From: Candidatus Saccharimonadota bacterium | GTDB taxonomy: Bacteria > Patescibacteriota > Saccharimonadia > Saccharimonadales > Saccharimonadaceae | Reading direction: 5' to 3' | Assembly: GCA_905365145.1 (NCBI GenBank) | Contig: CAJPIO010000001.1 | Span: forward strand, 63,484 to 127,483 | DNA: 64,000 nucleotides | In this document: in pieces, positions 19,574 to 28,825 of the stretch | How positions within the stretch are numbered: the stretch's first letter is position 1 | Layout of the letters: each line of letters starts with the position of its first letter | The notes under the pieces: model-generated | Told to the model about the DNA's origin: nothing | The model's input: the letters and a program-made list of their open reading frames with translations, nothing else | Database searches by the model: none | Position numbers and translations under genes: made by a program

Positions 19574-20461
19574 ATGCATGATTTAGGCGAGGGAACTTTT
19601 CGGTTTACACGGGTCAGCTACGATCCTAGTAGTAACTTGCCGTATTTGCGCGTCATGGATGATGGCGGTAAGTTCTGGCGTATGCAGCCGCAAGGCGAAT
19701 TTACTCTATCATTTGATACTAGCACCAAAAAATGTATTGGTTGGTACGATTTGGCAGCTAAGCAATGCCATCGCTGTCCTGGCGACCGCCAGCTTGATGA
19801 TAAATACGAGCAATGTCCAGAGTGCCAGCAAAAGACTGGTTTCAATCCAGCGTTCTACAATACTACCAATATCAGCCAACAGCAGGCTGAGCTGAATCAG
19901 CAGCCGCATATCTTATACTTAGCTTATTTCTCGCCAGAGGTGATAAAGGTTGGCATTTCTTATGCTGAACGCAAACTAGCGCGATTGTTAGAACAAGGTG
20001 CCCGCAATGCTGCTATCCTTGAAGTATTTCCTAGCGCTAACATCGCTCGCCAATACGAAGCGAAGATCGCCCGGCTGCCAGGTCTTTGCGAGAGTGTGCA
20101 GCTGCGCAAGAAAGCAACAATTCTAGCAAATGAGCATTACGATCCGACGCTAGCCGAGCAGAAATTACACCAAACAATCCAGCGGATCGCAGAGCAGTTA
20201 GGCGTTAAATTTGATAACAGCGAGTTCTTAAATTTATCGCCATACATGCTAACTATCGAACCAAAAAGCGATGATCTAACGGAAATAACCGAGCCAAAAA
20301 TCGCTGGACGCTTCGCAGGGCTAATTGGTGGTATGCTAATTATGCAGCAAAATAGCCGCTTTATTTTCTTATCAATCAAAAAATATATCGGATACGATAT
20401 GACCATTAGCCGTACTGTTGAGCAGCTAGATCTAGCGCCAGTTCAAGCTTCGCTATTTTAA
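19574..20461 (+). CDS. DUF2797-like protein
   Basis: CIG..C..C..CPEC cluster; PHILYLAYF..IKVGIS and RLLEQGA motifs. Confidence 0.7.
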   Translation: MHDLGEGTFRFTRVSYDPSSNLPYLRVMDDGGKFWRMQPQGEFTLSFDTSTKKCIGWYDLAAKQCHRCPGDRQLDDKYEQCPECQQKTGFNPAFYNTTNISQQQAELNQQPHILYLAYFSPEVIKVGISYAERKLARLLEQGARNAAILEVFPSANIARQYEAKIARLPGLCESVQLRKKATILANEHYDPTLAEQKLHQTIQRIAEQLGVKFDNSEFLNLSPYMLTIEPKSDDLTEITEPKIAGRFAGLIGGMLIMQQNSRFIFLSIKKYIGYDMTISRTVEQLDLAPVQASLF

Positions 20462-20489
20462 TCGCTGATTCTGCGCTATAATATAACAA

Positions 20490-21875
20490 ATGGGTAAGGC
20501 TTTATATCGGAAATATCGCAGCCGGTCGCTGAGCGAGATTGTCGGTCAGCCGCATATTACGGCGATTTTAGAGCGGGCAATTGCTAACGGAACGACGGCG
20601 CACGCTTATTTATTGACAGGGCCGCGCGGCGTTGGTAAAACGTCGATTGCGCGGATTCTGGCACACGAAATTAATCGCTTGCCGTACCGCGATGAGTCAA
20701 CTCATCTCGACATTATCGAGATTGATGCAGCCAGCAATAATTCAGTTGAAGATATCCGTGATTTGCGTGAGAAGGTTCAGATTGCGCCCGTTAGCGCCCC
20801 CAAAAAAATCTATATTATTGACGAGGTTCACATGCTGAGCAAATCAGCGTTCAATGCACTGCTCAAAACGCTTGAAGAACCGCCCGAGCACGCTGTGTTT
20901 ATCCTAGCAACCACTGACGCTGATAAATTGCCAGCTACAATTCTTAGTCGTGTCCAACGCTTTAATTTCCGGACAATTAGCCAAGACGAAGTTGCCGCAC
21001 ATTTGCGTACCATTGCTGATGCCGAGCAGATTTCTATTGACGACGACGCCCTGCAGCTAATTGCCCGCTATGGGCAGGGAAGTTTCCGCGATAGTATTAG
21101 CCTGCTAGATCAAATGCGAAATTTAAGCAGCGAGACAGTCACTGCCGCTATGGTCGAAGATTCGCTAGGCTTAGCAAGTACGGCTGAGGTTCGACAGCTG
21201 CTAGAGGCTTATTGCGCGGGTGATTTACAAACTATCGCCGACACCTTGCGCGCGCTTGAGCATAGAGGCGTGCCAGCCAATGCTATCAGCGAGCAATTAC
21301 TGCACGAAATCCGCAGCGACATCATCAATAAATCTAATTGCTTGCCGCTGGCCGACAAATTATTATCAAATCAGAAAACCGCTTGGCCGTATGTCAAATT
21401 GCTGATAGCGCTTGGTTCTAATACAAATGTTTCTAATTCTGATATTCCTGCGGAGTCAACGCCAGCGCAGCCGGAATCAGCGCAACCAATGGCCGTGAAC
21501 GAACCAGCGCCTGTTTACGCGCCGCAGCCAGCTAGCGATACTCCGCAAAAAAAGAAGAAAAATGTCCAGCCAAATCAAACAGCTAATTTTGACTGGTCAA
21601 AATTTCTTGAGGCTGTTCACGCAGAATCCACTGGCGCCTATAGTTATCTCGCGAAGGGCGGCTACGAATTAGACGATCAGCAGTTAACGATTTTTGCTGG
21701 TAAGAAATTTGCTAAAAATCAAATCGAAAAGTCGCTGCCAGTGCTTGCTGGCGCTCTACAGGCACAAAATCTTGACCGTGAAATTATCATCAGCGCTAAG
21801 CCAAAACCGCCAAAAGATAGTCAAACTGCCGCCGTTCTTGATATCATGGGCGGAGGAGAAGAGGTGAATTTGTAA
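20490..21875 (+). CDS. dnaX: DNA polymerase III subunit gamma/tau
   Basis: LYRKYR, GPRGVGKT, EIDAAS and IIDEVHMLS..AFNALLKTLEEPP motifs. Confidence 0.96.
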   Translation: MGKALYRKYRSRSLSEIVGQPHITAILERAIANGTTAHAYLLTGPRGVGKTSIARILAHEINRLPYRDESTHLDIIEIDAASNNSVEDIRDLREKVQIAPVSAPKKIYIIDEVHMLSKSAFNALLKTLEEPPEHAVFILATTDADKLPATILSRVQRFNFRTISQDEVAAHLRTIADAEQISIDDDALQLIARYGQGSFRDSISLLDQMRNLSSETVTAAMVEDSLGLASTAEVRQLLEAYCAGDLQTIADTLRALEHRGVPANAISEQLLHEIRSDIINKSNCLPLADKLLSNQKTAWPYVKLLIALGSNTNVSNSDIPAESTPAQPESAQPMAVNEPAPVYAPQPASDTPQKKKKNVQPNQTANFDWSKFLEAVHAESTGAYSYLAKGGYELDDQQLTIFAGKKFAKNQIEKSLPVLAGALQAQNLDREIIISAKPKPPKDSQTAAVLDIMGGGEEVNL

Positions 21876-23224
21876 TGGCCAAGCAAAAAGAAGTCGCTGC
21901 CAAAATACCGCCGCAGAGTATCGACGCCGAGATGAGCTTGCTCGGAGCAATTTTGATTGACGACGACGTGCTAGCGGATGTCAGCGAGACGGTAAAACCG
22001 CAGGATTTTTACGACAAACGGCACCAGCTGATTTTTAAAAGTATGATGCGCCTGTACGAGCAGCACAAGCCGGTCGACCTCTTGACTCTAACCGAGGAGC
22101 TCAAGAAAACGGATAATTTCGAGACAGTTGGCGGCTCGACGTACTTAACCGAACTAACCAACTATGTACCTACGGCTGCTCACGCTGCTAGCTATGCTGA
22201 AATCGTTGCTCAGAAAGCTGTTCGCCGGCGCCTAATCAAAGCTAGCGGCGAAATCAGCGAGTTAGGATTCGACGAAGAAACACCAACCCAAGAAATCCTC
22301 GAAAAAGCCGAAGCTGAGCTATTCAACGTCTCTGACCAAACGATTAAGCAAGACCTAGTCAGTATCGAAACTATCCTCGACGAGAGTTTCTCGCGTATCG
22401 AGGAGCTACACCGCAATAAAGGCCAGCTGCGCGGTATCCGCACCGGCTATCAAGATCTCGATAATATGACCGCCGGCTTACAGCGCAGCGACTTGATTAT
22501 CCTGGCAGCCCGGCCAGCTATGGGCAAGACTGCGTTTGTGACTAACTTGGCATACAATGTGGCGACTATTGCTAAACTGCCAGTGTTATTCTTTAGTCTC
22601 GAGATGAGTAAGCAGCAGCTAATCGATCGTATGCTGGCTGATGCTGCCGGTGTTGATAGCTGGAATATTCGTACTGGTAATCTCAGTGATGACGACTTTG
22701 CGAAAATCAGCGAAGCCATGGGCGAAATGGCTGAAGCGCCGATTTATATTGATGACACGCCAGCACTTAGCGTTCTCGGTATGCGCACCAAAGCCCGCCG
22801 AATCGCGCATAATCAAACGCTCGGGTTAATTGTCGTCGACTATCTGCAGTTGATGCAGGCCAATGGTAATTACAACGGCAATCGCGTCCAAGAAGTTAGC
22901 GAAATTAGCCGCGGCTTGAAGATCATTGCTCGCGAACTAAATGTGCCGGTAGTAGCGCTTAGCCAGCTTAGCCGGTCAGTTGAGAACCGTACGCCACCAA
23001 TTCCGCAGCTGGCTGACCTGCGCGAGTCGGGAAGTATCGAACAAGATGCTGATATTGTTACTTTTATTTATCGCCCTGGCTATTACGAACCAGACAATCC
23101 AGATGTCGCCAATATTACTGACCTAATCATTGCCAAGCACCGCAATGGCCCGGTTGGCAAAGTTCAATTATACTTCCATCCAGAGCGCCTGCGGTTCATG
23201 TCACTTGATAAGCGCCACGAATAG
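21875..23224 (+). CDS. dnaB: Replicative DNA helicase
   Basis: PPQSIDAE, AARPAMGKT, FSLEM, VDYLQL and DLRESGSIEQDAD motifs. Confidence 0.98.
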   Translation: MAKQKEVAAKIPPQSIDAEMSLLGAILIDDDVLADVSETVKPQDFYDKRHQLIFKSMMRLYEQHKPVDLLTLTEELKKTDNFETVGGSTYLTELTNYVPTAAHAASYAEIVAQKAVRRRLIKASGEISELGFDEETPTQEILEKAEAELFNVSDQTIKQDLVSIETILDESFSRIEELHRNKGQLRGIRTGYQDLDNMTAGLQRSDLIILAARPAMGKTAFVTNLAYNVATIAKLPVLFFSLEMSKQQLIDRMLADAAGVDSWNIRTGNLSDDDFAKISEAMGEMAEAPIYIDDTPALSVLGMRTKARRIAHNQTLGLIVVDYLQLMQANGNYNGNRVQEVSEISRGLKIIARELNVPVVALSQLSRSVENRTPPIPQLADLRESGSIEQDADIVTFIYRPGYYEPDNPDVANITDLIIAKHRNGPVGKVQLYFHPERLRFMSLDKRHE

Positions 23225-23252
23225 CCTCTCGCGTGATATAATCATAATTAGT

Positions 23253-24704
23253 ATGCGTAAACCTGCGGACTATACTTTATATAAATATCGCTATGTTTTG
23301 AGTTATTTTTGTATCGCTGTAATTTTGGTGGCAGTGCTGTGGGTCGGCGCACTGTATACTCCCGGTGGTTTGCGCGAGCAAGAAATCAAATCTGTCAGCC
23401 AGGCTAGCATGTTGTCGCGCCAAACTCTTGAGCCGTCGATGGTGGTAAATCTACCGTATTATCTACTGCAGCGGCTATCAATTTTTGTGTTTGGCGTTAG
23501 CGAATTTTCGATTAAACTACCGTCAATTGCGCTCGGCACCTTGACGATGCTGGGCATTTTCATGTTGATTCGCGCTTGGTTCAAGCCTAATGTTGCTGTT
23601 ATTTCGACGGCTGTATTGGCGACTTCAACGCATTTTCTGTTTCAGGCGCAAGACGGTACGCCCGGTATTGCCTTTAGCGCTGTCGCGGTATGGCTGATGG
23701 TTGCGGGTATGTATGTAACGCGCGGCAAACATTTTCATACATTCTGGAAAGTGCTTGGCGGCGTGTTGATGAGCGTCGCGCTTTATTTGCCGATGGGCGT
23801 ATATCTGGATTTAATTATAATTATCGTAGCCTTAGTTCATCCGCATATCCGAGCGATTATCAAGCGGCTGCCCAAGAAAAAACTACTCATTGCACTGCTG
23901 GTCGGCTTGGCTGCGATGGCGCCGCTAGTTTATGCCTTAATATTAGAGCCAAAAGTTATTGGCAAGGTGCTGCTCGGTTTGCCGTCAGACTTCGTGCATC
24001 TCAAAACTAATGCGCTACTTTCGAGCCTTAGTCTGTTTGGTTTTGCTGCTACTGATAGTGCTGCTGATGGTCTACTGAGACCGGCCTATGCTATGCCGTT
24101 GGCGGCTATTGCCCTGCTAGGTTTTTGCCGCTTATTAGCAACACATTATACAGCGCGCAGTTATGTTACTATCCTGATGAGTTTGGTTATGATGCCGCTT
24201 ACCTTGCTTAATTATAATAATCAGTATGTAATATTTGTTCTGATGGTAATTGCAGTTGCTACTGGTTTTGATTTCTTGATTCGCTACTGGTATCGGCTAT
24301 TTCCTTGCAATCCATATGCTCGCGTTGCGGGTTTGCTGCCATTGAGTGTGCTAGTTAGCGGATTGATTTATATTAGCGTTAATCAATATTTTAACGGGTA
24401 TACGTACAATCCGGCTGTTGTTCGCGCCTACAACAGTGACCTATCGCTAGTTAATGCCCAATTGCAGCACCAAAAAAGTATGACGCTCTTGGCTGATGCG
24501 GATGAGGCGCCTATTTATAATCTAGTCGCTCACTATAATAAATCTTTGACGGTTGCTACCGAGCTTAATTCCGAAGCAGCCCAAACGGTGGCGACACGTG
24601 CCGCCCGCCGCAAGATTCCGAAAAACTGGCAGCTAGAGAGTATTATAACTAACACCCGTGCCCAAAATGGCGACCGGCTCTATGTCTACAAAAAATTGCC
24701 GTAA
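23253..24704 (+). CDS. Polytopic membrane glycosyltransferase (GT-C fold, PMT/ArnT-like)
   Basis: Many TM segments; LPYYLLQ..FGVSEFSIKLPS resembles the GT39 FG.sEfa.RlP motif. Start reassigned to ATG 23253. Confidence 0.65.
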   Translation: MRKPADYTLYKYRYVLSYFCIAVILVAVLWVGALYTPGGLREQEIKSVSQASMLSRQTLEPSMVVNLPYYLLQRLSIFVFGVSEFSIKLPSIALGTLTMLGIFMLIRAWFKPNVAVISTAVLATSTHFLFQAQDGTPGIAFSAVAVWLMVAGMYVTRGKHFHTFWKVLGGVLMSVALYLPMGVYLDLIIIIVALVHPHIRAIIKRLPKKKLLIALLVGLAAMAPLVYALILEPKVIGKVLLGLPSDFVHLKTNALLSSLSLFGFAATDSAADGLLRPAYAMPLAAIALLGFCRLLATHYTARSYVTILMSLVMMPLTLLNYNNQYVIFVLMVIAVATGFDFLIRYWYRLFPCNPYARVAGLLPLSVLVSGLIYISVNQYFNGYTYNPAVVRAYNSDLSLVNAQLQHQKSMTLLADADEAPIYNLVAHYNKSLTVATELNSEAAQTVATRAARRKIPKNWQLESIITNTRAQNGDRLYVYKKLP

Positions 24705-24749
24705 TAAGTTATAATTGGTAGAGTTAATTTCTGAAGAAGGGGAGTCAAA

Positions 24750-25040
24750 ATGGCCTTGAATCAAATGAAAATGTTGAATGATTTGCGCAAAGCGCAGAAA
24801 GCTTTAGCCAAAGAAATCGTCGAGGTTGAGGCGGGCGATGGTGCGGTTATCGTTCAAATCACCGGCGAGCTCAAGATCAAATCGATTAAGATTAATCCAG
24901 AATACGTTGATCTAGATGATATCCACCAGCTTGAACACTGGATTGAGATTGCTATCCGCGACGGTATGGCTAAAGCACAAGAAATTGCTGCCGAAAAGAT
25001 GAAACCGCTGATGGGCGGGCTAGGAAGTCTCGGATTATAA
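24750..25040 (+). CDS. ybaB: YbaB/EbfC nucleoid-associated protein
   Basis: VEVEAGDGAVIVQITGE..IKINPE motif; immediately upstream of recR. Confidence 0.9.
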   Translation: MALNQMKMLNDLRKAQKALAKEIVEVEAGDGAVIVQITGELKIKSIKINPEYVDLDDIHQLEHWIEIAIRDGMAKAQEIAAEKMKPLMGGLGSLGL

Positions 25041-25044
25041 ACTA

Positions 25045-25656
25045 ATGGCTCTATTGCCAAGCGCGCTTGAGCGTGTTATTGAGGAGTTGGGTCATTTGCC
25101 AGGCGTTGGGCCGCGGACGGCTGAGCGCTATGCTTATTTCTTGCTAAAAAACGATTCTCGCACTACTGAAGCGCTAGCGAATGCCTTGCGGCAGTTGCAT
25201 ACTCAGGTCAAAAGTTGCCCGAAAACTTTCGCGCTAATTGACGCTGACCAGGAAATCTCGCCCTTGTATAGCGATCCGAAACGCGATCGCCAGCAAGTTG
25301 CCGTTGTTGAAGAGCCGCTAGATATAGTGGCGTTAGAACGCACCGGGCAATTCCAAGGTACTTATCACGTATTGGGCGGAACGATTTCGCCGATTGACGG
25401 CGTCGGGCCAGAACAGCTTCATATACCTGAGTTATTGCAGCGATTGCGCGACGATAACGTCGAGGAGGTTATTATCGCCACCAACGCTAGCGTCGAGGGC
25501 GAATCAACGGCGCTATTCATCCAGCGCCAAATCAAGGAATCGCACCTAGCTACCAAGGTCTCTCGTTTAGCTCGCGGTATTCCTGTGGGCGTCGATCTAG
25601 AGTATGCCGATCAAATTACCCTCGGGCACGCCTTGGAAGGTCGCAGATTTTTGTAG
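25045..25656 (+). CDS. recR: Recombination mediator RecR
   Basis: LPGVGPRTAER, YHVLGG, EVIIATN..EGESTA and GIPVG.DLEYAD motifs. Confidence 0.96.
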   Translation: MALLPSALERVIEELGHLPGVGPRTAERYAYFLLKNDSRTTEALANALRQLHTQVKSCPKTFALIDADQEISPLYSDPKRDRQQVAVVEEPLDIVALERTGQFQGTYHVLGGTISPIDGVGPEQLHIPELLQRLRDDNVEEVIIATNASVEGESTALFIQRQIKESHLATKVSRLARGIPVGVDLEYADQITLGHALEGRRFL

Positions 25657-25672
25657 ATTTATAATATAGCAT

Positions 25673-25760
25673 AAAAATAGCCCACCGAACGGACTCAAGC
25701 CGGAACTGGGAGCCTCAACCCAGCAAGGGCGACTTTCGCCCTAAACTAACTTTGAGCAAA
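25673..25760 (-). ncRNA. Candidate structured small RNA, family unknown
   Basis: Minus strand: GCTCAA/TTGAGT encloses AGGGCGA-AAG-TCGCCCT and CTGGG-TTGAGGCT-CCCAG; ends in a hairpin plus ATTTTT; TTGACA at 25795-25790 upstream. Confidence 0.4.
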
Positions 25761-25894
25761 AGTTAATATATGTCATACTTGTTCGAGTATGTCAAAGATT
25801 TTTCGAAATTTGCGGTTTTTGTGCTGTGGCGCTCCACTTTTCGCGCCGTACAGTTGGTGCCAAGTGCTATAATGGTTACGTAAGGAGGTGTAAT

Positions 25895-26407
25895 ATACTA
25901 CTAACATTTTTCTCGCGGGCGGGCGAAAATTACGGTGTTGATGACACTGAAGTTGGCAATACGGAGGTAATTGCTGGTTATATCAAGGATTATTTCGGCG
26001 ATAAAATCGACGTTTTCAAGCTGGAGCCGGTAAATCTGTATCCGGATAATTATCAAGAATGTACTGAAGTTGCCAAGCGCGAAAAAGCTGAAAACGCGCG
26101 GCCAGCATTCCAAGGCGAGATAGATTTGGCTGCTCATGATAATATTTTCTTGGGCTATCCGATTTGGTGGGGCGAGCCGCCGATGATCATCAATACTTTT
26201 TTAGAGAAGTATGACTTTGCCGGCAAAACAATCATTCCATTCAATACGCACGCCGGTTCTGGCGCAGCTGGCTCGTACAAGGCGATCAAAGAAAAGCTGT
26301 CAGACGCCAACGTCAATACTAACGGCTTGGCGATTATGGGTACTGATGTTAGAACTCAGTCCGCGAAGGATGCTGTCGAGGTGTGGCTAAAGGAATTAGG
26401 GTTTTAA
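25895..26407 (+). CDS. Flavodoxin (start uncertain; possibly ATA at 25895)
   Basis: FSRAGENY, GNTE, FLGYPIWWG and PFNTHAGSG motifs. Confidence 0.82.
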   Translation: MLLTFFSRAGENYGVDDTEVGNTEVIAGYIKDYFGDKIDVFKLEPVNLYPDNYQECTEVAKREKAENARPAFQGEIDLAAHDNIFLGYPIWWGEPPMIINTFLEKYDFAGKTIIPFNTHAGSGAAGSYKAIKEKLSDANVNTNGLAIMGTDVRTQSAKDAVEVWLKELGF

Positions 26408-26411
26408 GATT

Positions 26412-26831
26412 ATGAATAAGGATGAATTCGCTGCTCAGACGCCGTTTCCGATTGGGCAGGCAAATGATGATTATGCGCAGTATTTCACCGGACAAAGCTA
26501 TCTGCAGCCGTTGTCGCAGCAGCAAGTTAATATTTTTAATGTCACGTTCGAGCCGGGTTGCCGCAATAATTGGCATATCCACCATGCAACGAGCGGCGGC
26601 GGACGGATTTTGATTTGTGTGGCTGGTCGCGGTTACTATCAAGAATGGGGCAAGGACGCCATCGAAATGAAACCGGGCGATTGCATTAACGTACCAGCTA
26701 ATGTAAAGCATTGGCATGGCGCAGCGCCAGACAGCTGGTTCCAGCATCTGGCGGTTGAAGTACCAGGTGAGGATACATCAAACGAATGGTGCGAGCCGGT
26801 TTCTGATGAAGAATATAGCAAGCTGAAATAG
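26412..26831 (+). CDS. Cupin domain protein
   Basis: NVTFEPGCRNNWHIH and KHWHGA motifs. Confidence 0.9.
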   Translation: MNKDEFAAQTPFPIGQANDDYAQYFTGQSYLQPLSQQQVNIFNVTFEPGCRNNWHIHHATSGGGRILICVAGRGYYQEWGKDAIEMKPGDCINVPANVKHWHGAAPDSWFQHLAVEVPGEDTSNEWCEPVSDEEYSKLK

Positions 26832-26848
26832 GGAATGGAGATTAGAAT

Positions 26849-27178
26849 ATGAGTCAAAAAGTAACCGCTGGGCGCGATAATTTGGGTGAGTTAGCGCCGC
26901 AATTTGCCGCGTTGAACGATGACGTGTTATTTGGCGAGGTCTGGGCGCGCGAAGCAGAATTATCACCGCGTGATCGCAGTTTGGCGACGGTTTCGGCGCT
27001 GATTGGCGCTGGCATTTTAGACAGCTCACTCAAAGCGCACTTGCAAAAAGCACTTGATAACGGTGTTGAGCGCAGCGAGCTGGTCGAGGTAATCACTCAG
27101 CTTGGCTTTTACACTGGCTGGCCGAAAGCTTGGGCGGCATTCCGGTTGTTGAAAGAAATTTTGGCGGAGGCAGAGTAG
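26849..27178 (+). CDS. Carboxymuconolactone decarboxylase family protein
   Basis: DDVLFGEVWAR..LSPRDRSL and FYTGWPKAW motifs. Confidence 0.9.
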   Translation: MSQKVTAGRDNLGELAPQFAALNDDVLFGEVWAREAELSPRDRSLATVSALIGAGILDSSLKAHLQKALDNGVERSELVEVITQLGFYTGWPKAWAAFRLLKEILAEAE

Positions 27179-27197
27179 CTATTTAGATAAATAGACC

Positions 27198-27227
27198 AAG
27201 CCGTCAGTATTTAGACGGCTTAGTTTT
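27198..27227. terminator. Intrinsic terminator
   Basis: AAGCCGTC-agtattta-GACGGCTT between convergent genes. Confidence 0.65.
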
Positions 27228-27253
27228 CAGTGTAAATTTGTCAGTTTAATTTT

Positions 27254-27589
27254 TTATTTCTTTGACTTTTTGTTCTGCTTTGACTTTACAATTGGCGAAG
27301 CAACAGCACAGCCAATCGCGCCAAGTATTGACACGACGGCGATTTGGCGCATAATATATTTGCCTCTGCCGAATGGGCCTTCTTCCCACGCCATATGAGC
27401 TTTCAAACTTTCTGAAGTTATCGGGCAATTTTTCTTAGTGTCTTTGAATCCGGAACTTGGCTGGCCGTTTTTGGCGCAAACGTATTCTGGTTCTGGTCCG
27501 GACGGCGGTATGCAGCTGACAGCAATTAATACTGCCGCAATAGCCGCAAGCGATCCAGCGATGATTAATAGTAATTTTGGTGTTTTCAT
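27254..27589 (-). CDS. Small two-TM hypothetical protein with a Cys-containing loop
   Basis: GGAGG SD sequence; two hydrophobic helices flanking the loop. Confidence 0.75.
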   Translation of the reverse strand: MKTPKLLLIIAGSLAAIAAVLIAVSCIPPSGPEPEYVCAKNGQPSSGFKDTKKNCPITSESLKAHMAWEEGPFGRGKYIMRQIAVVSILGAIGCAVASPIVKSKQNKKSKK

Positions 27590-27691
27590 AAAACCTCCTC
27601 AATTTAACAAAGCTTACAGATATTGTAACACGAGGTTTACCTGTTAATAATTTTTAACCTGCTATGTCAAGCAAATCGCAATACGCTAAAC

Positions 27692-28825
27692 CTATATTGA
27701 CTGAATGAGTTGCTGGTAAATGCCGTGCGTCTGTCTAATTCTTGCTACTGATACCGATTCGTTTACGGTGTGCGCTTGGTCGAAATCGCCAGGACCGTAG
27801 ATGACAGTCTCTGCGCCAATGGCCTGGAAGAAGGCTTGATCGGTGCCGCCGTAGCTGACTGCTGTCTCAGCTTCTGGTAGCAAGCGCTGCATGGTTTTCA
27901 AGATTTTGGCGTTTGTATCGCACAAAGCAGACGGCACAGGTGTAGCGGGATGTCGCCATGTGCAATCGTAGCGGGCAGCTATCTCGTCAACCCACTTCTC
28001 AAAGTCTGCGTCCAGGGGCGGTGTGGTACGGATATCGACCATCACAGAGCTAACGCCAGCTGTTTTGTTGTTAGAGTATGACCCTGCAGGTTCAACGCGC
28101 GTTGGCGTGAAGCTAGGAGCACCCAAAATATCGTGGCTATAGGCGGCATGAAGCTGCTCGCGAATCTCTGGCAAATCATTCAGGAACGACACCACGGCTG
28201 GTAGCGAACTATCGTAATAAGCGCTCTCTTGCGAGGCGTGGCTTGATGTGCGCTCAAAGATAAATTCAACAAACTTGTTGCCGCGATGTCCGATCTCGAT
28301 GCGATTATCCGTCGGTTCGGCGATGGCGCAGCTAGCCTCCTCGTACTGTGTCTTTTCTGAAAAATACTTCGCAAAATCAGCTGACCCAGCACCATCAATC
28401 TCTTCGCTAGCAACGGCGACGCACCACACATCAAGATCATCGCGCCGGTTATTTGCGTATTCGGCGGCGGCTATCATTTGTAGAGCGACGCCAGCTTTCA
28501 TGTCGGTGGCGCCTAGACCATACAGCCGGCCGTTCATAACGTATGGTTGCCACGGACTCTGCCGCCAAGCCGACTCATCGCCAGGAGAAACCGTATCAAC
28601 ATGTCCGCACAGAATAAGGGCGCGCTGTGCCGGCTGTTTGCTGGCGCGAATAAGTCCAGTAGTAAAACGTTTCTCGGTAATAACCTTATCGAAATTCACC
28701 GATTGCATCCATGACGCGACGAAGTGCAAAATCTCGGTCTCGTTGCCTGATATCGACGGGATGGCTATCAGTTGCTCGGTTAATTCAATAATATCTAGCC
28801 GTCTGCGTTTTGCGTCTTGTTCCAT
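27692..28825 (-). CDS. M20 metallopeptidase/deacetylase (ArgE/DapE family)
   Basis: LCGHVDTV, GLGATDMKAG, SEE, AEPT, GGTD and YGPG..AHTVNE motifs. Confidence 0.9.
   Translation of the reverse strand: MEQDAKRRRLDIIELTEQLIAIPSISGNETEILHFVASWMQSVNFDKVITEKRFTTGLIRASKQPAQRALILCGHVDTVSPGDESAWRQSPWQPYVMNGRLYGLGATDMKAGVALQMIAAAEYANNRRDDLDVWCVAVASEEIDGAGSADFAKYFSEKTQYEEASCAIAEPTDNRIEIGHRGNKFVEFIFERTSSHASQESAYYDSSLPAVVSFLNDLPEIREQLHAAYSHDILGAPSFTPTRVEPAGSYSNNKTAGVSSVMVDIRTTPPLDADFEKWVDEIAARYDCTWRHPATPVPSALCDTNAKILKTMQRLLPEAETAVSYGGTDQAFFQAIGAETVIYGPGDFDQAHTVNESVSVARIRQTHGIYQQLIQSI

Noticed and set aside
20490..21875. dnaX programmed frameshift at the A-run near 21547
   Set aside because: The A-run encodes a Lys tract in a linker; I saw no convincing stimulatory hairpin or upstream SD.
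25673..25760. SRP RNA near dnaX-ybaB-recR
   Set aside because: It lacks the conserved SRP domain IV motif (CAGG..GNRA..AGCAG).
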